64,000 bases of DNA from Yuukianura sp. NJ FZ-2021 (taxonomy: Eukaryota), in the NCBI GenBank assembly GCA_046563655.1, contig CM102283.1, forward strand, positions 3,906,001-3,970,000. The letters run 5' to 3'. Shown one piece after another: positions 13,397-37,965 of the stretch; position 1 is the first letter of the stretch; each line of letters opens with the position of its first letter. Under the pieces are notes generated by a model. That model was not told the origin of the DNA. It worked only from the letters and a program-made list of their open reading frames with translations, and did no database searches. Both the position numbers and the translations under genes were made by a program.

Positions 13397-15020
13397 TTAT
13401 TTTCTGGACCCCACAGCTTCCTTTACAGAGTAGAATCCATTGTCACTACAATTCACAAACATAACGTCGCTTTTGAATACATGGATTTTAAAGTAAAGGT
13501 GTTAATTGAAAGTAGGAGATAGATGAAAGTATTTCTTACGTTAAGAGGGTGGACAGTTGACGGTTGATTGAGTTAACGAGTGCAGGTCCTCTGTAGACCA
13601 TAGCTGTGTAGACTTGGACAGCACTTGCTCCAGCACAAATCTTGTCATAAGCGTCTTTTCCATCCCAAATCCCACCAACCCCAATTATTTTAACATTCGT
13701 ATCTACAAATAGCGTGTTTTAAATTAATTTCAAAGAGCAACTTAATACTAATAAGGCAAAGGGGTTAATTTGTGTACAATTTACCTTGTAGTTTCCTATG
13801 GAATTTGTGAATAAGAATTGTTGAAGTACTGCTCAATGGTTTTCCACTTAATCCTCCACTTTCTTTTGTTAAACTTGGGTCACTCCTAAGATTGTTTCTG
13901 GATACAGTTGTATTTGAAATGACGAGTCCATCTATTCCACTTGGTTTAACAGCTGAGCAGATACTGTCTATCTCATCATCCGTAAGATCTGGTGCTACTT
14001 TCAGAAATATAGGAACCCTCCTGCTCTGTTTCTCTCTGGTTCTCAGCACTCTCTAAGCACAACCAATCAAAATTTTGAGCAAGATTTAGTAAATGGTTTA
14101 AGTGACTAACTTGGAGAAGATTTGGAAGACTTTCTGAGTTTTGTAGGTCTCTGAGGTTAGGAGTGTTGGGTGACGAGATGTTAATCACAAAGTAATCAGC
14201 GACGTCGTAGAATCGTTCTATTCCTTTGCAGTAATCGTCTATCCGATCAGCAGAATCTTTGTTTGCTCCCAAGTTAACCCCAACTGGAAAGTCTGGGTAC
14301 TGTTTCTTAAAAGTGGAAACTCTTCCATAAACCACTTCATGTCCGTCATTGTTAAATCCATATCTAGGGAAAGTTGAAACATTTGTGATTAGGTTTTGAT
14401 ACTTTGATTGAAGGAAGTTTAGAATTGAAGTCACCGATTAATTACAGCCAAGTCTAGTGGTAATCGAAACACTCTTGGTTTGGGGTTTCCGCTTTGAGGT
14501 AAAGGCGTAACACTCCCGATTTCTACGGATCCAAAGCCCATTTTCATGAGCCCAGCAATACATTCTCCATTTTTATCAAAACCAGCAGCTATTCCGATAG
14601 GATTGGACAGTCTAAGGCTTCCCACTTCTGTCATCTGGAAAGAGAGGAGTTAACTAGTTGGACGTTAATTTAAGTTGATTAGTTTCAGTAAATTACGAGG
14701 TTTTGTAGCGTGTGAGTAGAAGCATGTCTGGTAAGAGAGTATTTGAAGGAGTTGACGGCGAGTCTGTGAGTGACCTCAGGGTCACACCGGTTAAGAACTG
14801 GACTTATAAATTCAACAAAGAATTGTTCATTCCCACTCCAAAGTCCAATGGCCCCAAATGTAAGTCCTCCGCATAACCCAAGGCCTGCCATTGTTTTTAG
14901 CTTCTGTAAATACACATCAAAGTCGTATTCGGCCTTGGAAATCCCGATTTGTTTACACTAAAAAAAATGAAGCAGCTGATAACTGCGATTTACCGCAACG
15001 AATTTTGTAGAGTTGGACAT
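13397..15020 (-). CDS. DHODH: Dihydroorotate dehydrogenase (quinone), mitochondrial, multi-exon
   Basis: [76 protein letters not shown]; ends [13 protein letters not shown]. Confidence 0.95.
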
Positions 15021-15545
15021 ATTCCTGAGTGTTGTCTTCTACGTTCTGCTGATCCTTCCGTCGCGAGGTTCTGAACGTAAACATAAATTTATTTTAGAAA
15101 ATCAAAAGTTAATTAAGAAACTAATAAGTAACTTGGGCGGACCTTGACTTTGGGATCAAGAAGTGTTGTTGTCTAGTTTTTCCGATCCGCGAGTTCTGCT
15201 ATTTCAGCTGTTTAGTGTATACGATGCTCTCACTGTACTGGGGCACTACGAGATTTCACTCCCGCGCGAAAAAATTAGATTTGAATTTGAAAAGCATTTT
15301 ATTTGTGTTTTTTTTTAATTTCATTTTTCATTGTCGATTTCATTCGCTCTTTCTTGTGTTGTGTCTTTTCTTTGCTGATTCGTAATTTCGGATTTTGAAC
15401 AGTTGTTTTTGTATTTGTTTTCTGTTGTTGGTTTATAAAGAAGTGTTGATTAATAATAAGTGACGATAACCAAGAGAAGTCCAAGGAATTAATCAAGGTT
15501 TGTATCCAATCTAGGCAAGGAGAAGTTTCATCAGTTGTCCTTGAC

Positions 15546-17559
15546 ATGGGAATCGAAGTTGAATCAACGGAGAATTATGTAAGTTAACTTTTAAATTATA
15601 ACAAGTACGATTGTTTCTATGCATTGTATAACTAATTAGGTTTGTATATTTAATTCAAGGAGTCGGCTGTGCAGAAGCATTCCGTCCACACATTAGTATT
15701 CAGGTCTTTGAAACGTTCCCATGATTTCTTCGTGTCTGACCAGGGTATGCTTCCACCTCATCCCAAAGAAGCGTAAGTGAAATCGTATCAATAATTGCAA
15801 TCACAGTGTGAGTACTTAAGAGATAAACCTTAGTTATTCCTCAATCGTTTAGGGAGAAGATAAGGAACTCTGTGAAAGCTAGAGATCAGTATGGTCCAGT
15901 ACTTGACATAGTGGAGGAGAAGAAAAGGAAGGCGGCTGCCGAAGGGCCTTCTCACATTGAAAAAATGGACACAAGCTCCAAAGTTGTGGATGCTGGGTCA
16001 GGGTCAGATGCTGGACAGGAATCTACTTTAGCACTTTATAGGTAATTCATACTTGACATAATCAGTTTTTTAGGTTTATTCAATCCATTTTCTTACGGTT
16101 CCGTTGGCTATACAGTGGGAACAAACAACTTAGTCAAGGTGGAGGATTCGGAGACTCTGGTTTCCGGAACACTTCAAATGCAGTGGCAGTTCCAGTGAAG
16201 AAGTTATCGACTATGCCAAAACCAAAGTGGCATCCACCCTGGAAGCTCCACCGAGTTATCAGTGGTCATTTGGGGTGGGTGAGATGTGTGGGATTTGAGC
16301 CTGGAAATGAGTGGTTTGCTACTGGAGGAGGAGATCGACTTATCAAAATCTGGGATTTGGCTAGTGGAACACTCAAGCTTTCCCTGACTGGACATGTAGG
16401 AACTGTACGTGGCGTGTGTGTCAGCGGAAGGCATCCGTATCTCTTCAGTTGTGGAGATGATCGGCAAGTAAAGTGCTGGGACTTGGAGTACAACAAGGTA
16501 AACTTAACATAGTCCTCATCTTAAGTGATTTCGTTTGTTTTAACTTTGTTTTGGTAATTTGTCAGGTGATTAGACATTATCATGGTCATCTGAGTGCTGT
16601 TTATGGAATTTCCCTTCATCCTTCCATCGATATTCTTGCAACTGTTGGACGAGACAGTGTGGCTCGTATTTGGGACATGAGAACCAAAGCCAACATTCAC
16701 ACTCTCACTGGACACACGAATACTGTTGGTTCTGTTTTGACTTCTGCTTCGGAGCCACAGATTATCACTGGGTCACATGACTCCACCATTAGGTTGTGGG
16801 ATCTAGCTGCTGGAAAGTCCATAGCAACTCTAACAAATCACAAGAAATCGGTGAGTTGTATGCCTCTTTATCTTTTCGTATTTTGGTAATCAGTTTCTAG
16901 TAAGTTGTTTACTTTTTTTTTTGTTAGGTAAGAGCACTGGCGGCTCATCCGGATTTGTACATGTTTGCATCTGCGTCAACGGATAATATAAAGCAGTGGA
17001 AGTGTCCGAAAGGGGAGTTTATCCAGAATTTATCCGGACACAATGCCATTCTCAATGCACTTGCCGTCAATCAGGTGATTTTTCTGTTTTTTTTTTGTTT
17101 TGTTTATCACGAGCTTTTCAAGCTACGATAAGGGCTAGATAGATTTAGATAGATGGATAAATACTAGATGAACTCTTTTCGGTTATCTTCGTTGGGATAA
17201 ACTGACATTGACAATTGTAGGACGGAGTATTGGTTTCTGGAGCGGATAACGGCAGTCTTCATTTCTGGGACTGGCGAACTGGACACAACTTTCAACGGTA
17301 TCTTTCCCTTGTTATGAAATAGTTTCTTGAAGTTCTGAAATTACTAACTTTGATTGGTAGGATTCAAACGATTGTGCAGCCAGGCTCCATGGATTCTGAA
17401 GCAGGAATATTTGCTTTGGGTTTTGACTTGTCTGGCACTCGTCTTCTCAGTTGCGAAGCTGACAAAACAATTAAAATTTACAAGGAAGATGAAGATGCAA
17501 CAGAGGAGAGTCATCCAGTTGACTGGAAACCGGATATTCTCAAAAGACGTCGCTTTTGA
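15546..17559 (+). CDS. PLRG1: Pleiotropic regulator 1 (Prp46, WD40 spliceosomal protein), multi-exon
   Basis: [64 protein letters not shown]. Confidence 0.96.
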
Positions 17560-18299
17560 AAAGATTATGTACTTCCAAGTTTTTGTATTTTATTTTGATT
17601 TCGTCGGTGTTCCGGGACGTGTTTTTATAAGTGTTTCTACAGAGAGTGATTCGTTTCCGGTTATGATCAGTTTAAGACATGTTCACTGACATAATAGAAC
17701 TTATAATGGAATTAATGTTAAGTTTCACCGCTAATTAACTACTACGTAATTTTAATTAAACTACGAACAAAACATCAGGAGGAATCCACAGATTCCTAGG
17801 ATTCGTGTGCCCCGTTTCTACTCCGTCTCATTTTTGGTAAATTTGAATTTCCTGCGGCGGGAAGCCCTTTGTTTTCTTTTGTTTGGTTTTGTTCATTTTC
17901 GTTTGCTTTTTTCTTTTTCGGTTTAAGTACTCTCCCGGCTTCCAGTGTCGTCGCTACAATCACAATCGTCGGCCAGTTGCTGATATCAGTATCAGAATTC
18001 AGTTGACTTTGTCAGTCGTCATTCATCTAACTAAGATCGTTTAGTGTTGTGCTGTGGACTTTTCATTAACTACTAAATATTGTGCTCCCGTAATCCGATT
18101 ATCATAATCCAGTTTGATCTGGGCACCAGCAAGCCATAATCTTGGATATACCGGTACGATATCTTTTCATTGCTCATTCATAAGGAACACCGTTTCAGGT
18201 CTGCTTAAGATAGGACTACCGTCGATTATTGATTGGAATTGAATTAAATAAGAAATTGTTTGATACAGGACGGTCGTTCGTCAATCGATTGAAGTCAGA

Positions 18300-21200
18300 A
18301 TGGCTCAAGTAAGGAAGATGATGATACAGGGGATCCGGAGCTTCAGTCCTGACGATGATAAGGGCCAGGTCATAGAGTTCTTCTCTCCAATGACCCTGAT
18401 TGTAGGGGCCAACGGGTGTGGAAAGACGGTATGTATACGTTTTCAGTTTAGTATATCTTTATCTCTTCCAACAGCATGGTCGGCGTGGTATGAGTAGCCA
18501 TTTTGATTTTGTTCACTATTAGACCATCATCGAAGCAATGAAGTACGGTTTTACTGGAGTTACTCCACCAAATACGAAAAGTAAGTTCATCAAGTGATGC
18601 AGTTGGTGTCTGTACGTCCATTTTTGCAAAATTTGACCAGTAATCTTTGTTGCGTAGCTGGTGGTTTCGTCAACGACCCGAAACTTGGTGCAACCAGCGA
18701 GGTATTAATCAATAGACTATCCACATTTTTCGATTCCATAAACGTTATTGAATAAAGTTATAAACCAACCGATCTTTTCAGACGAAAGCAATGGTCAAGA
18801 TGGAGGTGTGCGACAAGAAGGGGGATAGGGTCATCATCACCAGAAGACTCAAAGGATGTACGGTTGGCAAGATTGGCAATGTGAGCACAACTAAACTGGA
18901 ACACACGTTAGCCCACTATGTAACGAACGAGGACAAAACGATCAAGAAACTGGAAATGAGCTCCAAATGTGTTGATATTGAAGTAAGTTCTCAACTGAAC
19001 ACCAGAGTTGTTAATGTATCATATTTATTTGATATTATTGAATTTATTTGACATCATGCATCTTTATTTTTGTGTTGTAGGAAATAATTCGCAGAATCGT
19101 CGGAGTCTCGGAACCGATCATGAACAGTGTCATCTTTTGTCATCAAGAGGATTCATGCTGGCCACTGGACGAACCATCGAAAGTAAAAGCGAGATTCGAT
19201 GCCATTTTTAATACAACAATGTACATCAAAGCTTTGAAGTCACTCGAGGCCAAGGAGAAAGAACTTGCTAGTGGTAAGTCCTAACTGATATACGGTTTCC
19301 CTGTATATGACTATCCATTCCATATTATTCTTTTTTATTCATATTATTCTCTTTATTATTGTTGTGTCTTATTCAATGTGTGAATTGTTTTTTTTTACCT
19401 AGATGTTCGAGTTAGCAAGGAAAGATTTAGCACGAGCTATAACTACTTGAAAGAAGCTCGAATCAAAACTTCTAAGCTGGAAAACGAAAAACTCTCATTA
19501 CTAGCTATGACTGAGGAGATTGAGGAGTACGAAAAGGAAATCGCATCACTCAATGAGAAGATCAGTGGTTTGGAGAATATTTCTCGCGACTTTGCTGGGA
19601 AGCAGTGTTCAGTGGAGAAGAAGAAAGGAAAAATTGATGAACTGGCGAAGAGCATTCGTGAAATCCGTGGAAGAATTCGAGAACCTGTCAATGGAGATAT
19701 AGACACTTTGGAACGGAAGATTCAAGAGTTTGATTTCACATATAGGCAGCAATGTCAAGCGCTGAAAAACGTGAGTATCTCACCTTGTGCTAATAGTTAT
19801 ATTCAAGCTGCTTTCTAAAGCCGAAAAACAGTTGTCTAAAAGTCTAATTGGTTTTAAATTTTAAATACCTATATTTTTTGTTTATAGACGCAGAAAGAAA
19901 AGTCAGACGCAGAGGAAAAGCGGAAGAGACTGGACGTCAAGAATCAAAAGTTCATCGTGTACAAAGGGATCTTCGACAACAACAAGGCGATCAACAATAC
20001 GAAAGTAGAGGAGATGGGCAGAATTATGGAAGACTTGAGAAGCTACATCCGAAATCTGAAGGAATGTTCACAGTCGCAGGGAGATTACTTTTCTGTTTCC
20101 CTGGATTCTGTCTTGATGTCCTTGGATGTGGATGTGGATTCTGTTGATGCTTCAACTGCTATGAAGGCCTTGGAATCAGCTGTTGTGTCTAAACTTGCGG
20201 ATCACAAGAAACTCAAAGCAAAACTGGAGGCTGAGCAAGGGAAGCTGCAGGATGAAAATGTCGCCCTCCAGTAAGTAAATCTTTACCATTTATTTAATAC
20301 TTAATTGGGTACCTGGATGAAAATGAAATGCTGTTTTACAGTAAGCAGGAGCAAGCGAGTCGTACGCAGGCAGAAGAGAGACAAAAGACTGAACAACAAC
20401 TCAAGAAGAAGATTGATGATATTCGAAGTCGTCTGGATGCTTTGGATGAGTCAAACGACAAACTGGCCGACTTGTGCGACAAAGAACAAAACGCACGAGA
20501 GACAATCGAACGACTAGAAAAGTCTGAATTCAACAAGAACTTTGAATCCGAAATTAAAGGGATCCAGGAAGACATCGAAAGTTTAGAGCAGAAGAAGACA
20601 CTGCTGCAGGAGCAAAATCATTTGCTGGTCAAGGACTCCTCTTGTGTTGCCAGATTGAAGTCAGCTAACGACCAACGGACGAAAAAAGAAAAACAGTGCT
20701 CTACCATGTAAGTGATGACAATTATTTAGTTCTTCAATGTTGATTAGTAGTGGATTTGTATATGAGACTGACTAACTTGGGTTTCTTTTGTTATTTTTCA
20801 CAGTTTGGGCCGTATTATGCCTCAGCTTCAAACCATCTTGGCACCAGATGAATCCATACCCGAAGAAAACTTGAATGCCTTTTTACAGGAAAAAGTAGAC
20901 TCGTTGGTAAATGAAAATAGCATGAAAAAAGGAACTTTTAATTAGTTTAGATTAAACTTTGATTTAATTATTGCTTTATTTTGTCTAGAACAGAGAAGTG
21001 GATCAGAAGAATCAGGAAGTTAACCGGATCAAGCTTGACAACGTCAAAGTCAACACTCAAATGAGCCAAGTTGCTAAGGAATTGGAGAACAAACGGAAGG
21101 AAGTCACACGTAAGCAAACTTTTTAGCTTGAAACAATTTCTAATGTATTAGCTCACATTTTAGGCGATGTCTTTACGTTATCTAATTTATTTTTTCTTTG

Positions 21201-23844
21201 TATAGAAATAACACGGAAAGCCGACAACATCTTGCAAGGAGCTTCGTTTGTGGAAGAATATGCGAAGATTTTCACAGAAACAGAAGAGGCACAGTCTGAA
21301 GTGTCACAAAATGAAGCAGCCTCGTACCTTTACAAACAATACGTGGTGAAATTATCGAAAAAGTAAGTTCTTTGCAATTTATTAAGAAAACTTCTCTTTA
21401 GTTTGTAACTTCCTTTGATTGGAATTATCCTGATAATTGATAACCTTTTTTTCAGGCCGTGTTGCCCGCTTTGCAAACGTGACTTCGAAAGAGAAGCGGA
21501 GAACAAAGCACTGATTGACAACGTAGGTCTTACGTTGCTACTAATAACGCCTTAGCAACATTGATTATTGGTTTACTTTGTGTTTTTATAGCTTACCAAA
21601 ATGATGAAAAAAATGGAAGTGGCGAAGCCAGAACAAGAAGAGAACCTCGCTAAACTAAAAGCAAAACAAGAGCAGCTGATGAAACTTAAGCCAACCTGGG
21701 AAACGAAGGAGAAACTGGAGAAGGAGATTCCAGAACTGCAGGAAATGAAGCAGAAGTACGAAACAACGTTGAAGGAATCCAAGGATAAGCTGACGGAATT
21801 GTCAGAAACTTTAAGTCTCCTCAGTATTGACAAAAGTACTGCCACGTCGCTACTCAAAGACACTGCAGTCTATGATCAGAGTCTCTCCGACAGAAAGGCA
21901 CAAGACGAAGAGATCAGGAAGTGGGATACTGCGCGAGATCCTAAGGCAAAAGGTAACTACACTACTAAAAGATTTCTTTATAACTTGATCAAGTTTTAAC
22001 AACTAAAGTTACAACTAACCTTACTTCTCGGTTTGATTCTTCCAGAGTTGGCTGCTACTGTTAGTTTGAGCGACTTACAAACGGATCTTCAGAATACTGA
22101 GAGTACCATTTCTGCAAGACGTGCCGAGAAAGATCGGAAAGCGAAATTGCTTGCTCAGAAGCTTGCTTCGCTGACAAAAGCAAAGGAAGACCTTAACAAG
22201 ATCGTCAAAGAAAGCTTGGACATTAAGGGTGACTTACAAAACCAAGACGGAATGGAACGACAAAAGAGAGAGTACGAAGCAGAAGCAGCTTCTCTACGAA
22301 CTTCTATCCAGGATCTTAACAAGCAGATACCAAAAATTAAATCAGAAGCAAATCGTGTGGAAAGAGAGCTGTCGGAACTGAAGCTGAAGTCAGACGAACA
22401 ACTTGGACAACTACTCAAGGACAAGGAGAGTCTTGTTCGTCAGAAGCAGCGTGTGGACGTCCTGGACAAAGAAATCAGAGGATTCAAGATGGAGTGTTCC
22501 AAGTTTGAAGCAGAAAGGGAGGCTCATCAAACAGTTGCCGATGAACTGAAGGAATCTGAAGAAAAAATCAAGGAGCTTCTGGACGAGATCAACATTTTAG
22601 ACAATGAAGTCCGATCACAACAGGTGAGATCAAGTTTATCCTTTGATTTGAATTTCAATACACTGTGTTTAATTTTTATTTTGTAAATATTGCAGGACAA
22701 GAAGCGGGACTTGGAAGAGAGCAAGCTACTGAAACAGAAAGAAGAGGAACGAGATAAGCTGTTGGCTGAAGTTGACACTGACAGTAAGTTAATCGAGCAT
22801 TCCAAAATTCGAGGTCTCCAAACTCAAATCACTGAAGAAGCAAAGAAGAAGAACCGGATTACTACGAAGAGAGATGAGTCGATTGGATCCAGGCGAGCTG
22901 TTCAGATTCAAGTTGGAGATTTGGAGAAAGAGCTGAAGGAATCAAAGTACGCCAATGCTGAGTCTAACTACCGAACAAACCTCATAAAGAAAACCGTCCT
23001 GGAAAGTGCTATGAAAGACATCCGAGTGTATCGAGTTGCCCTGGACAGGGGTGTGATGACTTACCATCACAAGAAGATGGAGCTGATCAACAAGTACATG
23101 AAGTTCTACTGGAGAAAAATCTACAAAGGAAACGACATTGAATACATTGCCATCAAGACTGACAACATTGACGAAGGAAACAATGCGGTGAAGATTGACA
23201 TGAGCAAATCGCTCCGGAAGGTCTACAACTACAGGTACAATCAGATAATGTATTATATAACTTATAATAACTTTAACACCAGGAGATTTGTGTTTTAAGT
23301 TAACTGTTTTCTTTTTTGCTTTCTGTTTCAGAGTTGTTGCCTATCGACGCGGAGTTGAGTTGGACATGCGAGGTCGTTGCAGCGCTGGCCAGAAGATATT
23401 GGCTTCCATCATCATCCGACTGTCTCTGGCTCAAACGTTTACTAAAAACTGTGGAATCATCACTCTGGACGAACCGACGACTAATTTGGATAAGCAGAAC
23501 GTCGAATCCCTTGCCAGCACGCTCTGCGAGTAAGTCTTCGACATTTCCAAATTATCTTATTTCCGTAAGACATATTTGCACATCTTAATTATACTATTTC
23601 TTTCTTTAATTTAGTTTGGCCCTCAGCATGAGTGGTATCAAGACATTCCAACTGATTGTCATCACCCACGATCAAGAATTCATCGATTCTCTTCTCCGAA
23701 TCGACCCAATCGACTGTTATTACAAAATCCGCAGAGACAACATGTAAGTTTGAGGGACAAAGTACGGAATTTGCATTTCCTGATTGCTAATTTTGTGCTC
23801 TTTCTTATAGGGGGTACTCCATGATTGAACAGATGAAAAAATAA
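18300..23844 (+). CDS. RAD50: DNA repair protein RAD50, multi-exon
   Basis: IQGIRSF, Walker [20 protein letters not shown], long coiled coil with zinc hook CCPLCKR (~21460), [10 protein letters not shown] signature, Walker [16 protein letters not shown]. Confidence 0.95.
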
Positions 23845-24074
23845 GCAGCCCTCCGTCGCAAGTAATGTATTTTATGTATCGTAAGATCTAATACAGAAAT
23901 TACCAAGTAATTTAAGTAGCCTACGATGTGTAATTAAAGTTAGAAGTAATTTAAGTGGTATTAACAAGTACAAAGCTGTTAATACTACAATTAGTATGTA
24001 AGCAAACAAAAATATAACTTTGTTTTGTGAACAAGCGCGAAAAATGAAGTAAAATGGGAATAAATGACATTTAC

Positions 24075-24803
24075 TTTTGATTCTGAAAATAAAATGCGAA
24101 GAAAAAATGAATGAAAAAAATGAATGAAATGAGAACGAATGAAAAAAATGAATGAAATGAGAACGAATGAAAAAAATGAATGAAAATAGAATGAATGAAA
24201 AAAATGAATGGAAAAAAAATGAATGAAATTAGAATGAATGAAAAAAAAATGAATGAAATTAGAATGAATGAAAAAAATGAATGAAATTAGAATGAATGAA
24301 AAAAATGAATGAAATTAGAATGAATGAAAAAAATGAATGAAATTAGAATGAATGAAAAAATGAATGAAATTAGAATGAATGAAAAAGAATGAATGAAAAA
24401 AATGAATGAAATTAGAATGAATGAAAAAGAATGAATGAAATTAGAATGAATGAAAAAGAATGAATGAAAAAAAATGAATGAACTTAGAATGAATGAAAAA
24501 GAATGAATGAAATTAGAATGAATGAAAAAGAATGAATGAAATTAGAATGAATAAATTCCCCCATTCATTCTTATTTCATTCATTTTTCCCTCATTCATTC
24601 TTATTTCATTCATTTTCCCCCATTCATTCTCATTTCATTCATTTTCCCCCCATTCATTCTCATTTCATTCCATTCATTCTCATTTCATTCATTCTTTTTC
24701 ATTCATTCTATTTCTTTCAAATTCTGCTTCTTTCAAAAATGTAATTCAAAATGAAACAGATTCTAAAAAATTGCTTTTTCTTCTCAATTTATTTTCATTC
24801 AAA
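24075..24803. repeat. (GAAT)n / (ATTC)n compound microsatellite arranged as an inverted repeat (foldback-like)
   Basis: aatgaatgaaattagaatgaatgaaaaa units at 24105-24552, then complementary cattcattct/catttcattc units at 24560-24710; outer flanks 24075-24107 and 24774-24803 are also imperfectly complementary. Confidence 0.85.
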
Positions 24804-25340
24804 TGTTTGCTTTGTTGACACCAGATACTCCATAATTAAATATATTAACTCTAAAACCTGTATCACTGTATAACTCTAACGTTCGGCATCGTTTTTCGAG
24901 CACAAGTTAGTTACTGAGACCGTGGAAGTTGGAATTACATGTTTAAAACTATTAAAATAAGTTAAAAAGCTAAAGGTGTCGGCTGCAGTGTCCTAAAAAC
25001 GAGAAGTTTCGTAAGTACCCTAGTTGTTTCCATGATCTACGTCCCAAAAAGAGTTAAAATGGCTGCCATGGGTAGTACTGTCGGTGGTGAAGGTTGAAGC
25101 ATATGACATAAAAATAGTAACAACTTAACCTAGATATTTACAAGTATAAAACGGTTACAGCTAACAAGGGTCAAAGTCTTACAACTAAACTGCTTAACGT
25201 AACTGACTAAAAACTTAACATTTCTGTCTCTAGGAGCCCTGCCAATATTTCCTTATTGCGAATTCAGTAGAATCGCAATGCCTCCGCATTTCTTCGTGCG
25301 TTTCCTTCTAGTAGAAGCTTTCGAAGCTCCTGTTGGCCTC

Positions 25341-35665
<10,325 letters not shown>

Positions 35666-37217
35666 CTACATCCACACAATTCTTCGATTCGTCAATTCCA
35701 ACACGGAGAGAGACTGATCACAAGTTCCGGATTCCAGATGAAATGTTGATCAGTTGAAGCACAGCAACTGTTGCACAATTCCATCCAAGGCTGTAAGTGA
35801 AGAGGCTCTAACTAGTGTTGCTGTGGAATGTGGACCGGAACTGGATGGAGGTGTGATTGTTGGAGCTCCACGTTTTCATGTGGAGTAGTGTCGTATGGCA
35901 GAACAATGGAGTAGGAAGATGTGACCTCAGGGAAAGGTTGATCTGTAAAGAGAAGAGTAAAGTTATTCATTGGCATACGCGTTAAAATGAATCATAAGTT
36001 AAGCTTGAGCATCATCTCCCTAGCCCACCTTCACTCCATCCCCCCATCCCCATTAACATACACACCAAAACGTTATGAGTAAGGTTTTACCTTTCCCGAT
36101 TATATTAATGTTACTTTTGTTACTTGTATCTAATCTAACTATTCCATAATGCTAATGCCCTCCTATGCTCTGGCTCCACAATAGAGTAAACAGATACTTG
36201 GGAATTAGGTTTCGAAATGAATTGGAACTTCATAGGATTAACCAACAACTCAATTCAAACCTCCAATTTGAAACTGAACAGCGTTACTTTTACAACTGCT
36301 CCCTTCTACTACCCTCACTCCGACCACTGCTTAATTCATTATCATTGCAAACCAATACAAAAATGAAAAAACGTTTACCTTACGTCTCCCTTCCAAATTT
36401 ACGGTATACTAAAAATGTATATTAAACTAAAACTATAGCACTTACAGCTACAATGCTAGACGATGAATAAAACGTTTTGTTTACGTTTAAACGATGTGGA
36501 CGACCATTCGTACGGATGTCGGGTGAGACTCCAATCACATTCTTCGGCACTACACTTGATGAAAATGATAAACTTGACACCTCTCACTTCCTTTGCACTG
36601 TCCTCACTTTGGTCCGGAAGTGAGAGAACTGTGATGAAGGTATTTGAGATAGGTAATTAGTAGCTCGGAACTAACTGATGAGTTGGCTAACTGTTGTTTG
36701 TCACTGTGAAAGTTGACAGAGTGATCTCTACTCCAGTGTTGATCTCTCAGAAAAGACTGGTTTCGGAAGAGACTTGACACTCCTCAAATCCAAAAATCCT
36801 CAAAACAAATTCCTCACTTTATCGCTCATGGGGAGGACAAATGCCGAGTATAGACGCAAAAGTCAACAACCACACCACACACTACTTACGCTTTACACTA
36901 TTCACAACTTAACTTTACCAAAACTAAGTTTTTGTTTTTTAACCATATCCATATCCTTACACCTTTTCGGAAAAGGAAAAAGCGTCGTAAAAGTATATCA
37001 AAATATACGTTACTGGAGTACTTGATCGGAGCCCTGGTCTGAATTTCCTATGATCAGACTCGTGAATAATTAAAATATCACTGGTAATCATGTCATCTGA
37101 CCAGAACTCCTGATTGCAACACCTATCACTGAACGTATAAGCAGCCACCAATGTACTATAAACTGATAATGCAATGATTTGCAATGATTAAAGTCTACTG
37201 CTGAACGTGCTAACTTG

Positions 37218-37679
37218 TAGAGTTGCCCCGATTCAGACATTTTTCGGAATGAGCGATTCAGCGATTCAGGCACCCCCGTGAATCGCCTGCGCGATGCATC
37301 GCGGCGATGCATCTCCCTAATTTGTGCGCATGCTGACTATGAATATAAGGGGTGAAATTTACAGCGAAAGACAATTTTCGACTATCGGAATTATTTACGA
37401 GAATCACCGTTGCCTACTGTTGCCTTAAAAACGGAGAGATGCTTACGTTTATGACTCAATAATTAGTTCCTCAAGCGAAAATTCGTATTTCCGTACAAAA
37501 TTAGCCCAAAAACTACCGAAATTCTCTAAAAACGTTGAAACTTTAATGAATCGCCCAAGAATCGCCCGATCGCGATTCTTTTGTCCCAAAAAATGGCGAT
37601 TCAGATGCATCGCCCGATAAGGAAAAGTGGCTGAATCGCCAGCGATTCATCGCCCGAGCGATTCATCGGGGCATCTCTA
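37218..37679. mobile_element. Non-autonomous hAT-type MITE (462 bp)
   Basis: 15-bp TIRs tagagttgccccgat / atcggggcatctcta (one mismatch); perfect 8-bp TSD ctaacttg at 37210-37217 and 37680-37687; many subterminal gcgattca/gaatcgc motifs. Confidence 0.88.
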
Positions 37680-37965
37680 CTAACTTGTCGTTAAGTTGTC
37701 GTTTTTGCGTAACGTATGTGTGGCCTGTATGAGTGAGTTGGATGTCTATACAGAGCGACATATAAGCCATGTTACTTGAACCCACCCAACCCTTGGATAT
37801 AACCACACTCAAGACTCGTGTATGACAGGTGAACGGCTGATGGGATTCCACTAGCCAGTCAGTCCATCACCAGACTACTCTCGGGTTAATTAGTTAACTT
37901 CAACTAAGGACTCAGGAAAGTCATTACTAATTCTCCCTACGACGGTGGTTGACCCTTGGTCCAAG

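Noticed and set aside
24532-24744. 70-aa ORF rich in F/H/S
   Set aside because: Translation of the ATTC microsatellite
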